From a virus (taxonomy: Duplodnaviria > Caudoviricetes), in the IMG/VR virus record IMGVR_UViG_3300049844_000042, positions 1 to 38,171 of that record: a stretch of 38,171 nt of DNA. One strand, written 5' to 3'. The notes below the pieces were generated by a model. The model had not been told where the DNA came from. It saw only the letters and a program-made list of their open reading frames with translations, and ran no database searches. Within the stretch, counting starts at the first letter, position 1. Every line of letters starts with the position of its first letter. The position numbers were made by a program, and so were the translations under genes. Positions 9,628 to 19,152 of this stretch are shown here, in pieces.

Positions 9628-10491
9628 TTAAGCACTTATATCAGCTCCACCTAATATTGCTTTAAATACTAGATCTGGCATTACTACCTTAGTTCCAAAG
9701 TAGAATGGTAGATATAAAGCCTTTTCATCAGATAAAGGAAGTTGCTCAACTCTTGCTTCTCCTAATACTACTGGTTGTGCTACAGATCCTCTGTGTTGAA
9801 TTGTACAATCAACGCCTTGTCTTACTGCTCTTACTGTTTCTACTCCCATGAATGTCTTGATATCAGCTCCACCTTCTCTTGGATTTGGTAATGTCAAAAG
9901 ATAGATAGCTAAGTTATCATAGAATTCTGGAGATAACATTAATACCATATCTTCTCTGTCAACTTTCTTAACATTGTTACCAGTTCTTGATTCTAAGTAT
10001 TGAATCAACTGCATAACTTTAGCTTGGATAGTTGTAGAAGCTGAAAGGTCTACTACTGCTGCTGCAGTTTGTAGCTTTAGGAAATAATCAGTTTCTAATG
10101 CTTCTCCGATTGCGATTGCATAATCTGACTTTCTAGATGCAAATAGATCACCGAGTCCACCTGCATTGTATAAAGCTAGATCTTTTCCAGTTAGTTCTTC
10201 TGCTAACTCTTTGTCAGTATCAATAAGTACATCAACACCATAGTTAACAACTTTGTTACCTGCTGCTGCTGATCTTGCTGTACCATAAGCTTGTACTGCT
10301 GAACTCTTGAATCTTCTTACCTTGATTGTTCCACCTCTTATAGCTTCTCCTCCAAGATAATCAGTATTCTTATACTGTTGAGAAATAAATTTAGCAAATA
10401 CTGTTCCTTTGACTGAACCATATTGTACTGCTAGGTCATCTTTATCTACTGTATTTTGGTAGTAGATGGCTCTTGCTGGTTGTGTTGCCAT
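9628..10491 (-). CDS. Major capsid protein
   Basis: 287 aa after scaffold; GGTIKVRRF, VLIDTDKE, YFGTKVVMPD; ends GGADISA. Confidence 0.88.
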   Translation of the reverse strand: MATQPARAIYYQNTVDKDDLAVQYGSVKGTVFAKFISQQYKNTDYLGGEAIRGGTIKVRRFKSSAVQAYGTARSAAAGNKVVNYGVDVLIDTDKELAEELTGKDLALYNAGGLGDLFASRKSDYAIAIGEALETDYFLKLQTAAAVVDLSASTTIQAKVMQLIQYLESRTGNNVKKVDREDMVLMLSPEFYDNLAIYLLTLPNPREGGADIKTFMGVETVRAVRQGVDCTIQHRGSVAQPVVLGEARVEQLPLSDEKALYLPFYFGTKVVMPDLVFKAILGGADISA

Positions 10492-10522
10492 TTGTTTAAA
10501 TTTTTATAAATAATCCTACTTC

Positions 10523-11059
10523 CTAGAACAGATTAGAAGCGAGTCCTGTCTGTGCTGGTTGCTTTGTTGGATTAGTTTGATTGGAGATATCTTTAGGAGC
10601 TTCTCCTTGAAGTTTCTTCTCAACACCTTTAGCGATTCCTAATGCCCACTTTTCCCTAAATGTAGAGATTCTATTCTCCATAATTACAGGATCAGTATCT
10701 ACTAAGAAATCAATAAAGTCGGTAGGTATCTCATCTTGTGCCAATTTCTCAACACCAGATAATTTATTTTCCCTAAGTGTTAATTCAGTTTCTTTATGAG
10801 CCAACTCCTCATCTCTTTTTCTTGCTAATTCCTTTTCCCTTTCATCAGCACTCATTTTAGTCATCTTCACAGCTTCATCAATCTTCTTAGCAGTTTCCTG
10901 CTCGTTCTTCTTGATGACCTCTGCAATTCTCTCTTGGACTATCTTGTTTACTGCTGAAACTGGGAGGGTTTTTTCAACCTCTGTTTTTTCCACCTTTTCT
11001 ACCTCTTTGTTAGAAGCCTCTGGTGTAGTTGCTTCTTGAGTTTTTACTTCGTCTGCCAT
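10523..11059 (-). CDS. Capsid scaffolding protein (DUF4355-like)
   Basis: Acidic coiled coil; VNKIVQERI, KMSADER, VEKKLQGEAP. Confidence 0.85.
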   Translation of the reverse strand: MADEVKTQEATTPEASNKEVEKVEKTEVEKTLPVSAVNKIVQERIAEVIKKNEQETAKKIDEAVKMTKMSADEREKELARKRDEELAHKETELTLRENKLSGVEKLAQDEIPTDFIDFLVDTDPVIMENRISTFREKWALGIAKGVEKKLQGEAPKDISNQTNPTKQPAQTGLASNLF

Positions 11060-11114
11060 TTAAAGGCTCGTAATAAATAAATCCGTATAACCCTCGTCAG
11101 GTATGTTACTTAAT

Positions 11115-11143
11115 AATATCGCACCAAAAATATCCATTGTCAA
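11115..11143 (-). promoter_or_regulatory. Sigma70-like promoter for scaffold/capsid operon
   Basis: TTGACA-17 bp-GATATT with TGn extended -10. Confidence 0.55.
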
Positions 11144-12135
11144 ATATTATTCACAAATTGTTCCATCACTTGTTCACCTGTCTTACCCTTAATTAGCCTC
11201 CCTGTCCTTGCTTTAGTTCCAGTCTTTAGTTTGTCGCTACTTAGTACCACTAATGTCGTACTCCTACAGTTAGGATGCATAGGAGGGTAATTTAGCCCTA
11301 CTTTTACATCTGTTATGTCATATATATTTCCATCATGATTTCTACATATCTTTGAAGTCCTTCCATCTAATACAGCACTGAACTCATACTGCGTGATTCC
11401 ATCATCTATATAGCTCTGTAGCTCTGCTTGGTTATTAAAATAATTGCTTTCTGTTCTTACTAGTCTTGTAGCATCATTCTTGGATACATCAAACCTATCT
11501 CTTAAGATCCTAGCAGTCTTTTGATATGACTGTCCTGATGTTAAAGCTCCCCCTATGATTGTAGGTAATTCTCTAGCCAATCCACTTACATTTCCCCATA
11601 TCCTCGTAGAGAAGTTACCCCCCACCCACTTTGAGTTGAGAACTGCTTGTCCTATGCTCTTATCTAGTGTTGCAAAGGATATCTTTATCCCTGCATTTTG
11701 TATATCTTTCTGTGATTGCTCATAGGTAGTATTAATGATCTTCTCATAGGCTCTTTCACTAATCTTCTGTTCTTTCTCTGGTATCTGATAAATATCAAAA
11801 TATATCTGTTGTTTTAAAGCCTCTAATCTAGATAATCTATATAGATATCTCTCATCATACACATCATTAATATCAATACCTAGATTAGCAGCCTTAATCC
11901 TTATCTTCTTTAGAAACAAATCCTTTTCTTTAGGTAATAAAGCCCTACTAAGATCTGCTTTAGTTAGTATCCCCTTCTTGGAATAGTTATCGTATATGGA
12001 CTTAATATCTTCATCAATGTTTCTTAGTGACTGGTTATATATGGGGATAATATTACCCATAGCAGTGTTACCAATGTTCTCACTCTTAACTAATCTTTTG
12101 ATTGCCCTGTTTTCCCAATACTGTTTGTTTTGCAT
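11140..12135 (-). CDS. Minor capsid protein (SPP1 gp7 / Mu F-like)
   Basis: RLVRTE, SAVLDGRTSKIC, PPMHPNCRS. Confidence 0.93.
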   Translation of the reverse strand: MQNKQYWENRAIKRLVKSENIGNTAMGNIIPIYNQSLRNIDEDIKSIYDNYSKKGILTKADLSRALLPKEKDLFLKKIRIKAANLGIDINDVYDERYLYRLSRLEALKQQIYFDIYQIPEKEQKISERAYEKIINTTYEQSQKDIQNAGIKISFATLDKSIGQAVLNSKWVGGNFSTRIWGNVSGLARELPTIIGGALTSGQSYQKTARILRDRFDVSKNDATRLVRTESNYFNNQAELQSYIDDGITQYEFSAVLDGRTSKICRNHDGNIYDITDVKVGLNYPPMHPNCRSTTLVVLSSDKLKTGTKARTGRLIKGKTGEQVMEQFVNNI

Positions 12136-12250
12136 CTTCTGGAAGTGTAGTTATTTCTCTAATTAATTCTGCAACCTCAATATATGGCTTACTTGCAAGA
12201 TAGTTGATAATCTTGTTAAGAAGCTCTGTAGATATCCTTCTATCCTTCAT
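12086..12250 (-). CDS. Small 54-aa protein, probable fibre-associated chaperone (not in ORF track)
   Basis: MKDRRISTELLNKIINYLASKPYIEVAELIREI...KIS*; fills the intergenic gap. Confidence 0.65.
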   Translation of the reverse strand: MKDRRISTELLNKIINYLASKPYIEVAELIREITTLPEDAKQTVLGKQGNQKIS

Positions 12251-12266
12251 TAAAGTAGAATAATAA

Positions 12267-12509
12267 TTAATCTGCTGTAATAGCTCCTACGACTGCATCT
12301 ATTTGATCTATTCCATCTTTAATTTCTGTTCTTTTTAACATCTCTAAGACATAAGACCTCTTACCCTTTATGGTTTGTTTAACAAACTTGCCTATAGCCT
12401 CTTTGAAGAATTGCTGTTTAGTAAGTGGGTTGTCGTTAGTCCATCCCAAAGCCTCGCAGAAGTCTTTTAGGTCATCTACCGATAAGGTTATTCTTGTATT
12501 TATTTCCAT
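12267..12509 (-). CDS. Hypothetical protein, fibre-associated
   Basis: 80 aa ORF after the fibre genes. Confidence 0.6.
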   Translation of the reverse strand: MEINTRITLSVDDLKDFCEALGWTNDNPLTKQQFFKEAIGKFVKQTIKGKRSYVLEMLKRTEIKDGIDQIDAVVGAITAD

Positions 12510-12526
12510 ATAACTAACATAACATA

Positions 12527-14098
12527 TTAAATTAATCTCTCAACTACCATAACCACACCTGCTAAGAGTTCTGTAACTGCTGTGGTTTCTGACCTAAATC
12601 TCAACTGACAAGTTCCTGTATTTCCAGTCGTAACCAGTAATGCTGTTGTTACAAAAGGTACATCAAGTGGTCCTGATGGAACACCTGTGGTTGGAGCTAC
12701 TGTAGTATCATCTGCTATAGAGTAAGTACCTGCAAGTGTCGCAGTTGTTAGTGGATGATGAGTCATTACATCTATCGCTGTTACTGCCGAGCTTAAATCA
12801 AACTGTACTCCTACACCAGTAGTCGCAGCAGTTGAGTTGATTCTTCCCATTACTCTAATCCAATAGGTTGAGTTTGTTTCATAAGAAAATACTGCTCCTG
12901 ATACACTTACAGGTGTTGTATTAGCACCAGTTGTAGTAACTCCTGAACTTTTAGATACATGAACATAAGGTGATGCCCAACTGCCATAGGCATTAAGAAA
13001 GTTTAGTGGATTGTTTGTTGCCTTTGGTACAAATCCATGTGCAGAGTTTGAAACATTACCTGTAGGAACATCTGTTAAATTCATTTTTGCCTCTGTAACT
13101 GTAGAATTGTCTATAGTCCATGTAGCACCTGATCCACTTACTGTAATATCTCCTTTATCTCCATCTGAAACTCCTCCTCCAAAATCTGAAATAAGAGCTT
13201 TCTTTAGATTTCCTGAATCGCTAGTATCCGAGATTAAGGCATAGTCAGTTCCTACTGCTGTTACTGCAGTCTTTCCTGTAATTGCAGTCTTGTCTACTGT
13301 CAAAGCACCTGATCCAGTTACCTCTCCTGTATGAGTTGCATTTGTAGTTACATCACCAACTCTTAATAAATTCACACCTTCTACTGATACTAGTCCTGCC
13401 GATACTCTAGCTATTGTGGTATCAGAAGCATTTCCAAGTTCAATGTTTCCAGTTGTAGTTACAGTCGCCACTGTTATGCTAGGTGTTCCTGTAAGTGCAG
13501 TTGCTACTGTATTGTCGCCTGTATTAGTACCTGATACTGTTGCTGTTGCAGAAGCTGTTAAGGTTGCACCATCTACGATTGTTAAAGTAGAGCTAGTTGC
13601 TGGTTCTGTAATTGCTACCTTAGAGATAAAAGGTACGCCGGTTGTGGTTGTATTCTTTAATACACCAGTTGCCAGTCCAGAAAGTAAAACGCTATTTATC
13701 CCAACTACTGTTAACGCACCTGATCCTGTCGCATCACCTGTGTGCGTTGCATTGGTTACAAGCCCCGAATATAAGGAGTTGGTTGAATTATCTCCTGTAT
13801 TTGTGCCACTAACTGCCGTAGTTCCTGTTACTGCTAGTGTTGGTGTTGATGTTCCTGATAAGGTTACCCCATTTACACTTGAAGGTGTTATTGCACCAAG
13901 CGATAAAGAAATAGCTGGTGTAGTTGTACTTGTAGCTACACTGCCTGATACTCCATTTGCTGTTGTTACTGACACATCTGTTACTGTACCACTTCCACTA
14001 GGGGTTACAGCCTCAAATCCATTATCAGCACCATTTCTTCTAATCACTTGATTAGCCGACATTGTTATATTGTTTGGTATATCTCCTGAGTTTGCCAT
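12527..14098 (-). CDS. Ser/Thr/Gly-rich fibre-like virion protein
   Basis: 523 aa; internal repeats TNATHTG(D/E)xTGSGALTV x2 and VSGTNTGDN x2. Confidence 0.7.
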   Translation of the reverse strand: MANSGDIPNNITMSANQVIRRNGADNGFEAVTPSGSGTVTDVSVTTANGVSGSVATSTTTPAISLSLGAITPSSVNGVTLSGTSTPTLAVTGTTAVSGTNTGDNSTNSLYSGLVTNATHTGDATGSGALTVVGINSVLLSGLATGVLKNTTTTGVPFISKVAITEPATSSTLTIVDGATLTASATATVSGTNTGDNTVATALTGTPSITVATVTTTGNIELGNASDTTIARVSAGLVSVEGVNLLRVGDVTTNATHTGEVTGSGALTVDKTAITGKTAVTAVGTDYALISDTSDSGNLKKALISDFGGGVSDGDKGDITVSGSGATWTIDNSTVTEAKMNLTDVPTGNVSNSAHGFVPKATNNPLNFLNAYGSWASPYVHVSKSSGVTTTGANTTPVSVSGAVFSYETNSTYWIRVMGRINSTAATTGVGVQFDLSSAVTAIDVMTHHPLTTATLAGTYSIADDTTVAPTTGVPSGPLDVPFVTTALLVTTGNTGTCQLRFRSETTAVTELLAGVVMVVERLI

Positions 14099-16155
14099 TA
14101 TCCTATTAGTCCTAATGATTTAAGATCTCCAATTAATGTGCCAAGTACTGATGCCAACTCATTGACCGAAGTACTTGAAACATCAAAAGCTCTATCTGTA
14201 GATGAATTTGTAACTGTATATGCACTAGGTTGTGCTACTGGTGTTTGGTTATAGAAACCTATCTTCTGTGTAGTAGCAGTTCCTATCTTCATTCCATTTG
14301 TTGCGTCTTGAACGATTATGTCCTTTCCAACATATATGGAGTTTTTAACTGATAAATAGCCATTTAGTCCTGTTACTGGTGAGCTTGGTGATTCCTCTCC
14401 TATTGCTACACTACCTAATCCCCACGGCGATAAGTTCACATTCCCATTTGAGAAGTCTGCAGTTATTATTGTTCTTGCGTTTCCACTTCCATCCTTTCCT
14501 CCTAGTAAAAAACTCTCTGTTTCATATCCACTTCTTGTATCTATTCTAAAGACACCTTGTATATGCCCACCAACAGGTGAACAGTATTCTGAAAAGTTAT
14601 CCCAAAACTCTGCTATACCATCATTAACTGCCAATCCTGCCTGTGTCGTTCCTCCGTGATACCTTAGTCCGGGTGCAGAAGCTCCACCTGCTCCTTGTGG
14701 AAATATCAACTGATTGTTTAAAGCTGATTCATCACTCTTTAGACTTAATCCACTAAGTTTTACGATTGAAGTTGTTGGTAAAGATAGTGTCTTTGCAGTC
14801 GTGCCTGTTAATGTTAGCCCATTGCTTCCACTTAAAGTTAAAGATGGGTAATTATTAAAATATATATTTCCTGTAGTAGTTAAGTCACCAGTCTTAGTCA
14901 TATACAAATCTGCTGTTGCTGTTGTAGATGTTGGAGTTACAGTTGCCGTGCCTCCTACATACAAGTCACTCCCATTGATTGAACAAGAAGTACCACCTAC
15001 ATCGAAGTAATAGTCATTTGAAGCTCCCCAGTAACTATCTCCAATAACTGCTATTCTATATCCATCTGCACCTGTTACTGCCGTCCATGTTAAGTCTACT
15101 GTATAAAAGCTATTACTTGCACTGTTATCTGATGCAGTTACATTTGCTGGTGTTGCAGAAAATATCGTGGTTCCTCCATAAGTTCTGTAAGCATAAATAT
15201 CATACTCGAATGAATATCCGTCATTATAATAAGCGTTTCCATTCCCATAATTGATTGTTATTGTGTCACCAGTTACATTACCTATTGTTGCAGTATCAGA
15301 TCCAGTTATATCTAGCACCGATCCTGCTCTAGGAGCTGTACCTATTCCTAGTTTGGTAGTCATATAGTTACTACCATCAGTGTTTAATTTACCTGTTACA
15401 TCTGGAATTGTAGGGGTATTTATAAGGTCACCATAGTCTTTGTCCCAAGCAGTGAATACTGGATCTAGTTCTGTTTCTAACTTGGTATTTAAGACTGTCT
15501 GTAGATCTGTCTGTGCTGATAATGTTCCTGTAATAGTTCCCCATGTACCACCACCTGTACCTGAATGAGAATCAATATAATTTACTAAGTCTGTTTGCCT
15601 TGTTAATTCTCCACCTACATCTCCCCACTGTGCGACTGTCACTACTGGTCTTGTTTCATAAGTTCTAATCTTCTTAACCTTTTTAATGACTTCCTCCTCT
15701 ATATCCTTAATTTCTGGTTTTGTAAAATAGTCCTCACCCTTTATAGGTGTCTTTCCATCTTTACCCTTTGCACCAGCTTTTCCATTTTTACCATCTTTTC
15801 CATCTAATCCATCTTTACCTTGATCTCCTTTCTCACCTTTCTCACCATCTTTGCCATCAACTCCATCTTTTCCATCAAGTCCCTCGTCACCTTTCTCCCC
15901 TTTATCTCCCTTATCCCCCTTGTCCCCCTTATCCCCCTTAAGTCCTCTCTCACCTTGCTTTCCATCAGTTCCATTGAATACTTTAATCTTTTCTATGGTC
16001 TCCACCCTCTCTTTAACCCCTTGAATTTGCCCTTGTAGGGTACTTTTAACAGCGTCTACTGTGTCAGTAAGCACTTCTACCACTCCAAGTGTTTCATCAA
16101 TGGCTTTCTTCTCCTCTAATACCTTTTTTATTTTATTTTTAGTGATTAAGTTCAT
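14098..16155 (-). CDS. Collagen-repeat fibre protein, probable head fibre
   Basis: 685 aa; N-term coiled coil, 25 G-X-Y triplets, C-term KIGFYNQTPVAQP...LKSLGLIG. Confidence 0.75.
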   Translation of the reverse strand: MNLITKNKIKKVLEEKKAIDETLGVVEVLTDTVDAVKSTLQGQIQGVKERVETIEKIKVFNGTDGKQGERGLKGDKGDKGDKGDKGEKGDEGLDGKDGVDGKDGEKGEKGDQGKDGLDGKDGKNGKAGAKGKDGKTPIKGEDYFTKPEIKDIEEEVIKKVKKIRTYETRPVVTVAQWGDVGGELTRQTDLVNYIDSHSGTGGGTWGTITGTLSAQTDLQTVLNTKLETELDPVFTAWDKDYGDLINTPTIPDVTGKLNTDGSNYMTTKLGIGTAPRAGSVLDITGSDTATIGNVTGDTITINYGNGNAYYNDGYSFEYDIYAYRTYGGTTIFSATPANVTASDNSASNSFYTVDLTWTAVTGADGYRIAVIGDSYWGASNDYYFDVGGTSCSINGSDLYVGGTATVTPTSTTATADLYMTKTGDLTTTGNIYFNNYPSLTLSGSNGLTLTGTTAKTLSLPTTSIVKLSGLSLKSDESALNNQLIFPQGAGGASAPGLRYHGGTTQAGLAVNDGIAEFWDNFSEYCSPVGGHIQGVFRIDTRSGYETESFLLGGKDGSGNARTIITADFSNGNVNLSPWGLGSVAIGEESPSSPVTGLNGYLSVKNSIYVGKDIIVQDATNGMKIGTATTQKIGFYNQTPVAQPSAYTVTNSSTDRAFDVSSTSVNELASVLGTLIGDLKSLGLIG
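15748..15972 (-). repeat. Collagen-like (Gly-X-Y)25 coding repeat, proline-free and charge-rich
   Basis: GTDGKQGERGLKGDK...GKDGKT; 9-bp periodicity in the DNA. Confidence 0.95.
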
Positions 16156-17576
16156 TTAACTAGATTCTTCATCTTGTCCATTAAACTTTGCTTCTTATTC
16201 TGTGTATCTTCGGTAGCACTATCCTCTGCGTTATTTACAGAAGGCACATCAGTTCCAAACTGTTGGTTTTGTAGATTCATATCCTTAACCTTTTGTTCTT
16301 CTACCCACTTAGTCTCGTCATCTGCATTCTCTACAAAGGAAAGTCTTGATATTAAGGTGTTATTGCTTACCTTTCCATCTAGATTCATAATCATTTGTGA
16401 TGTTTCTAGGTCATTCTGTGGTAAGTTTCTCTTAAAGATTACATCAATGTCATAGCTAGGGATCTCTTTGCTCTTACTTGCCTTCACTAGATAACTATTA
16501 TATATCTCAAACCTTTCAAGTAACCCTTTCTTAAACGATCTCTCTTTGTTCATAGCATTTTGTACAAACCCTAATAGTTTGTATTGCAAAGCTACTCCAG
16601 TTGCATTTCCTGCAAAGTTCTCATCACTAAAGTTAGGTGTCATTGAGATCTTACAGATGTCAGCTTCTATTACCTTTCTTAGTACATCAACATCATTCTC
16701 GTTGAGCATCTTTACTAGATACTCTGCCTTAGTTCCCATAGGCACACTCATTACCCTATTCTCCTTTAGTTCAACCAACTGTTTAGGAGTTAGGTCTATT
16801 CCATATAATACTAGAAGTGCTTCAACTAATTGCTGTTTATCGTTAACTCTATCTGATTGAAGTATGTTATATGCGTCTATTAGCGTTATAACCATTTCAA
16901 AATCACCTACTGCGTCTTCATTGTTTAGATACTCTACAACAGGCACTTGCATGTGGTAGTGAAGTCTAAAGTCCAACATCTTTAGATCCTCGTTAAAGTC
17001 TATGATGTTAGTATTATTGACTACTATTACATCCTTGTACTTCTTAACAGTAGTAATTCCCTCAACTATCTTCTCCACCCTTGAGTACATTACTGCAAAT
17101 AGCTTGTTATGATCCATTGTGTCATCGTAAACCACAATACAGTTTAGAGGACTTAGATCTTTACTTAGTACCTTATTCTTCTCATTAGCATAGATATATT
17201 CAAATGACTTCCCAAATATAGATGCCTTCTTTCCTAATCTTACATCAACATCTGATATTGGTTGTTCCTTGTACATGTTAATAACTGGATCTAGTGCAGA
17301 GTTATTGTTTTGATCTTCATTCTCCTCCCCTTCATAACTATACTCAACCTCATTACCCAACAAAAACCCGACATTCATATCGGTAATATACTTGGCATGA
17401 TTAACCATGATCTTTACATTAGCTAAAGCCTGTGCCTTAGTTCTCTCCATAATAGGCTGGATTCCCATATAGTAGTTATGTAAATCTCTAAACCTTTGAG
17501 ATTGCAACTCATTATATTCAATGGCGTTTTTTACGCTCTCTGTGTTGACTTGGGTATTCTTATCTACTGTATACAT
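16152..17576 (-). CDS. Portal protein, SPP1 gp6-like
   Basis: NHAKYITDMNVGFLLGN, GDFEMVITLIDAYN, FAGNATGVALQYKL. Confidence 0.95.
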   Translation of the reverse strand: MYTVDKNTQVNTESVKNAIEYNELQSQRFRDLHNYYMGIQPIMERTKAQALANVKIMVNHAKYITDMNVGFLLGNEVEYSYEGEENEDQNNNSALDPVINMYKEQPISDVDVRLGKKASIFGKSFEYIYANEKNKVLSKDLSPLNCIVVYDDTMDHNKLFAVMYSRVEKIVEGITTVKKYKDVIVVNNTNIIDFNEDLKMLDFRLHYHMQVPVVEYLNNEDAVGDFEMVITLIDAYNILQSDRVNDKQQLVEALLVLYGIDLTPKQLVELKENRVMSVPMGTKAEYLVKMLNENDVDVLRKVIEADICKISMTPNFSDENFAGNATGVALQYKLLGFVQNAMNKERSFKKGLLERFEIYNSYLVKASKSKEIPSYDIDVIFKRNLPQNDLETSQMIMNLDGKVSNNTLISRLSFVENADDETKWVEEQKVKDMNLQNQQFGTDVPSVNNAEDSATEDTQNKKQSLMDKMKNLVK

Positions 17577-17593
17577 GTTTATATATATAATTA

Positions 17594-18802
17594 TTAAAAG
17601 CCTATGTTAGGCATCAATTTAACTTCTTGTACCTTCTTGAGCTTTACCAATCCTACATATCTAACAGGATCAATAAAATGATTAAACTCATCTACTGGCT
17701 CATTAATTTTGTTTCCCATCTTGTCCTCTCTCCACTTATATCTTCTAAATTCCCTCTCTGCATTTATAGATCTCTTGGTAATGTGTATCTTAAATTGCTT
17801 TAATATATCTATACCAAACTTAATGCTATCTGCTCCCTTAGTTGTGGGAATAATACCTGTAAATCCACTCCTATATATCTCCTCAATACTCTTTGGCTCT
17901 GCAGAATCAGCAATAATCAAAGCAGATTTAGGTATCCCCAATGATATCATCTTAGAAGCTATATCTTGGTTTGTCAATGCTGTTTGATAGAATATCTCAT
18001 CCAAATAGAGTTCATTGTCTTGCATCCATACCGATGCTAAACAGGAAGGATCTATTGTATAACCAAAGTCCAGCCCATAAGCAATTAGGTTAGCAGTATC
18101 AGGAACTTTGTCTACGATGTCCCAGTTTTCAAATACAACACCCTGCAACCTACTCTTAATACCAAGACCATATACCTGCCACATGTATAAATCGGCAGTA
18201 CCTTGCCTTATGTTAATCTCGTTTGGCTCATAGCTTAGTATCTTGGCTCTCTCATTCTTTCCTAAGAATGGATTATCTAGCTGTGTGGAATGTATAAATA
18301 TTACATCTGGTCTTTTCTCTAGGTCATAAACCCAGTGATCGTCAGTAACAGGGTTGAAATCTATTAGTATCTGTTTGGTTGTTCTCATTTCTAATTGGTC
18401 AAAGTGCTTCTTTGAGACCTCTATGACTTCATTTATCCAAGTATAATCCTGCTTTCTACCATGTAACTTTTCTGCATAGTCTAATCCAAAGAAGGCAAGT
18501 TCGCTCCCATTTATTCTATATGCCTGTTCAGCCCTATTTACATTAACTAAAGGCGTTATTGGCAACAGATATAGACTAGACATTTCTTCTAAGTCTTTTA
18601 AAAGTGTGGATTTGATCCAAGTGAGTTTGTCTCTGGTAATAGTAGATGTAAATCTCTCACCAGCCATTGCTTTAATAAAAAGGTACTGAAATATACTCCA
18701 AGTTTTAGTGCTTCTAGATCCTCCAATAAGAACTATAATCCTCTTATCCTGATGCCTGTGCATCTCCTTGAGGACTCTCGATGCCTGTAGGTCTAAGTTC
18801 AT
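17594..18802 (-). CDS. terL: Terminase large subunit, PBSX family
   Basis: Walker A GGSRSTKT, WINE, FNP, GLDFGY, ADSAEP, NHFIDPVRY. Confidence 0.95.
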   Translation of the reverse strand: MNLDLQASRVLKEMHRHQDKRIIVLIGGSRSTKTWSIFQYLFIKAMAGERFTSTITRDKLTWIKSTLLKDLEEMSSLYLLPITPLVNVNRAEQAYRINGSELAFFGLDYAEKLHGRKQDYTWINEVIEVSKKHFDQLEMRTTKQILIDFNPVTDDHWVYDLEKRPDVIFIHSTQLDNPFLGKNERAKILSYEPNEINIRQGTADLYMWQVYGLGIKSRLQGVVFENWDIVDKVPDTANLIAYGLDFGYTIDPSCLASVWMQDNELYLDEIFYQTALTNQDIASKMISLGIPKSALIIADSAEPKSIEEIYRSGFTGIIPTTKGADSIKFGIDILKQFKIHITKRSINAEREFRRYKWREDKMGNKINEPVDEFNHFIDPVRYVGLVKLKKVQEVKLMPNIGF

Positions 18803-19148
18803 CTATATAATGTACATTTATTTTATCTATCTTTTCTCCTTGTGTGGTTATATCTATATTATCTCCAAACTCATCCTTTTTCTTTTTACTTAGATATTTT
18901 AGTGCAAACTCTGGATCGTCTAGCCCACTTACAACAGCTCTTCTAGCCTTAATAAACGGATTCTGCTTTAGCTCTTCAAATCGGTCAAATAACTCTTTAT
19001 TATCTTTCTCCCAATTATAATAAGTCTGCTTACTTATGTTCGCATAAAAACAAGCCTCTGGAATACTAGAGCCTATTGAAAATGCTTCCTCTAGTTTTTG
19101 GATTACCTCTGGAGTTAGTTTTGTTGGTCTGCCACCTAAATCAATCAT
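18744..19148 (-). CDS. terS: Terminase small subunit
   Basis: GRPTKLTPE + HTH (ISKQTYYNW) + DITTQGEKI; likely start is ATG 19148 rather than 19214. Confidence 0.85.
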   Translation of the reverse strand: MIDLGGRPTKLTPEVIQKLEEAFSIGSSIPEACFYANISKQTYYNWEKDNKELFDRFEELKQNPFIKARRAVVSGLDDPEFALKYLSKKKKDEFGDNIDITTQGEKIDKINVHYIDELRPTGIESPQGDAQASG

Positions 19149-19152
19149 GTTT

